Source: Chrysemys picta bellii (Eukaryota). Taken from it: a stretch of DNA of 64,000 bases. Within the stretch, counting starts at the first letter, position 1, and every line of letters begins with the position of its first letter. A program made the translations under genes and the position numbers. The stretch lies in assembly GCF_011386835.1 (NCBI RefSeq), contig NC_088795.1, positions 23,622,001 through 23,686,000 on the forward strand, given 5' to 3'. Shown piece after piece: positions 61,396-64,000 of the stretch. Under the pieces are notes generated by a model, which saw only the letters and a list, made by a program, of their open reading frames with translations, searched no databases and was not told the origin of the DNA.

Positions 61396-61530
61396 ACTAT
61401 TATTATTTGTATATTAGTGTGTGGTAGCACATAGGAGCTCCAGTAATAGATCTGGGCCTCATGGGGCTATGTGCTGTACAAACACAGAATAAAAAGATGG
61501 CCCTTTCCCCAACAGCTTACAATTTAAGCA
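61396..61530 (-). mobile_element. L2-type LINE/SINE 3' end, second copy
   Basis: TATTATTATTTGTAT..GTGCTGTACAAACACAGAATAAAAAGATGG..CCCCAACAGCTTACAAT, homologous to 60475-60650. Confidence 0.7.
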
Positions 61531-63159
61531 AGTCAAAAGCACATTAACAGACACCTTCTGCTGTGGATGATAAGTGGTTGAATTTACTACCCCATTTATG
61601 CTAGCACAGATGTGTAATTTATACTAATAAGCCCCTGATCTCTGCAATGAGCTCTGTATGGGTTATGTTTCTATGATATGCCAGCCTGGAATTACTGGGA
61701 ATTCCATTAACTTTGTGAGAGTAATAGGCAGAAGCACCTGTTCAAACATCTCTCCCATTCTTCAGTTGTCAATTAAGTACAGTTTTATTATTTTCCATGT
61801 AAAGAGTTTTTATAAACTACCTGGCATACCTACAGTAACTTACTTCAATTAATCATACTAAGATTCAGAAGAAAAAAGTTAGGCCAATCATGGGTAAAAT
61901 ACAGCAAGAGTAACATGAACATTAAGAACTAAGGTCAAACTATTCAAACTGTGAGGTGTCTAAAGTTAGGCACCTAATAAGTGGTTTGATTTTCACAGGT
62001 GATCAGGGCAATATATGTAAGTGTAGAGGTTGACCGCAGGTTTTAAAATGCTCAAAATGTATGAATTCTGCAAGTGATACATCAGCCTATAACCATTCCC
62101 CATCAAAGGGAATTCTGAGTAGTCTAATACAAGAACATCACATTGCATGGGATACTCATGTACGTGTTTACTGACAGCATAATTCTCAGAATGACTGTGT
62201 AAAAAACGGCCTTGTGAGGTCCCATGTTTATTGTCTTTCCAAGACTCCAGATAAAATGTGTTCAATTTACAAGTAAAAGTTGGATTTTCTTTTTTCTAAT
62301 AACCACCTTTAAAAATTTAACCTGAGATCTGAGTTGGTTGGTTTCTTTTTCAGGCTTTTCTTTTCCGGTTTCTGAAATCAGATCATAATTCAGTGGATTA
62401 AAAAAATCTGTTGATTAAGAGTAAGACCAAATACAACAGCTCACTTCCTCTCAGTTGCATTGGCTCTGCCATGCTAATGGGAGTAATAAGTAGTAAATAT
62501 TTAGTTTTGTTAGAAAGGCAAGCAGATATGTCCCAGAATACACACAAGGAGCAGACCTGCTGAATAAGAAGGTGCCTTTTTTTATTTAGCCATTTTTCTT
62601 GTCATAATCTCATTTGAAGAAATTGTTCTGTACTGTATTTCAAAGGCTAGGTAGGAAAAATGTGATGTGGTAATTGCTCTCATTTTTATAGCCCTGCACA
62701 TGTTAAGTATTGAATACTGAGCTAAAGCTCTATGAAAAGAAGATGCTCAAACTGTCAATTCATTGGTAACATTGTAGTTTCATATATCATTGTCCCCAAA
62801 ATAGTTGATATTCATATAAAAAGTTACTTTCAAGAATGAGATTTAATTGTACCTCAAATCAGGGCATCCCATTTATAAGCTATCTAATTTAGACCAATGT
62901 CCCCCATGTATATAAATAAGAACTAGTCACTTACAGGAAATCAGAAGAAAGAGGAGGATGATTAAGAAGTAGAGGCTGAGATGGGTGGGGGACAAAATGG
63001 TGGAAGTCTACACATGCTCCATTTGATGCCCTCATCCTAGTGGCTACTTCGCCCTTTACTTCCCCCTCACCCGATGCATCATTGTCCATCACAGAAACAG
63101 ATGAGATGAAATTAAGGATGACATAGGCTTAAAAATACAGAGAAACTGAAATGTGTAAC

Positions 63160-63312
63160 TATCTCCCAAGGCAATTGGCAGCAACCTCATCATTGGTGTA
63201 ATTAAAGCTGCACTACAGAAAGGACTCCAAAAATACACAGCAGGAAACAATCCTGCATAGACAGGGAGATGGACTAGCTGAGCTAATAAGACCTTTTCCA
63301 TCAGTAATCTCT
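63160..63312 (+). mobile_element. old CR1 3' end
   Basis: AATCCTGCATAGACAGGGAGATGGACTAG..AATAAGACCTTTTCCATC. Confidence 0.65.
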
Positions 63313-63825
63313 GTGTTATTCAACTATAGTGGATAAACAATGTTTTTGCTAAAATGGTCATTCGTGAAAAAGGTGAAGGTTGGTCTTTAGATTTTTAGCT
63401 TTAAGCTTTAGAGCTAGCCACCCAGAGTGGTCATTAAAGATAGTTTACACTAGTCAGAGATATTGTGCCAAATTCTTCACTCACTTACACCTTATTTCAC
63501 TGGGGGTCCTTGGAATGAACTTTGTTCTACCGTTTTTTAGGCCTATTTGGAGATTGAGCATTGCATTAGCTCATTTTAGGAGGTCATCTTCAAAGCTAAC
63601 CTTTGTTAGTAACAATTTCTTTTAGTTCAAGCTTAACATCCAGCAAAACTAATGGCAAGAAAGAACCATTGGAACAACTTTCCAACTCACTTTTATCTTA
63701 ATGACTAAGCGCTATATGCAGAAACAAGAGGAAGTGGCCTCCAGACCCAAGGACTTGATCATTAGCTTGATTCTAGAACAGTTCCTCCATAGAGCTCCCA
63801 TTTAGATCAATTAGAGATTGATTAC

Positions 63826-64000
63826 AGCCAGTAATGTACCCTTGGGTGTACGCAGAGGTCTTACGGGGGGTATATCAACGCATCTAGATATTTTACAACA
63901 GGCTACATAAATAGCACTAGTGAAGTCAATACAAACTTGTTTATATTGCTCTATATACTATACACTGAAATGTAAATATAATATTTATATTCCAATTGAT
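63826..64000. mobile_element. hAT/Charlie-like element fragment, cut by the window end
   Basis: GTACCCTTGGGTGTACGCAGAGGTCTT..TTTTACAACAGGCTACATAAA..TATACTATACACTGAAATG resembles a common turtle hAT MITE as I recall it. Confidence 0.55.

Noticed and set aside
63720-63810. Possible preceding CCSER1 exon (D/E/L-rich, ...DEDDLMLDLEFLEE...)
   Set aside because: The minus-strand translation does not match and splice sites are absent; that exon probably lies beyond the window.
1-64000. CRISPR arrays, operons, rRNA, intact autonomous transposon or viral genes
   Set aside because: No regularly spaced repeats or prokaryotic gene structure; every RT, endonuclease and recombinase fragment is truncated or interrupted by stops and frameshifts.

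Overview
Vertebrate genomic DNA, almost certainly turtle (Testudines), judged by its repeat repertoire: several CR1 LINE subfamilies, Penelope-like elements, Harbinger/hAT/Tc1-mariner MITEs and DIRS. The window is essentially intronic. It holds one 121-nt minus-strand coding exon (22133-22253, xCREDSYQSIVSCAAVVLTPIEPPGEAKKKEEPKYPDVTKR) that I recognise from memory as an internal exon of CCSER1 (FAM190A); I found no neighbouring exon. The remainder is a layered transposon landscape with at least seven nested or junction events. The most notable items are: (1) a 200-bp TG..CA solo LTR with a 4-bp TSD carrying a tRNA-like A-box/B-box cassette (Helenus-like TRIM); (2) a 1.1-kb TAC..GTA element with a 6-bp TSD (IS3EU signature); (3) Penelope pseudo-LTRs with recognisable but mutated minimal hammerhead ribozymes, including a 72-bp near-perfect Penelope hairpin inserted inside another Penelope; (4) an unexplained perfect 21-bp hairpin; (5) a DIRS tyrosine-recombinase relic. 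All family assignments are by eye and from recalled consensus sequences; no database search was run, and the ends of old elements are approximate. Nothing prokaryotic (CRISPR, operons, rRNA) is present.
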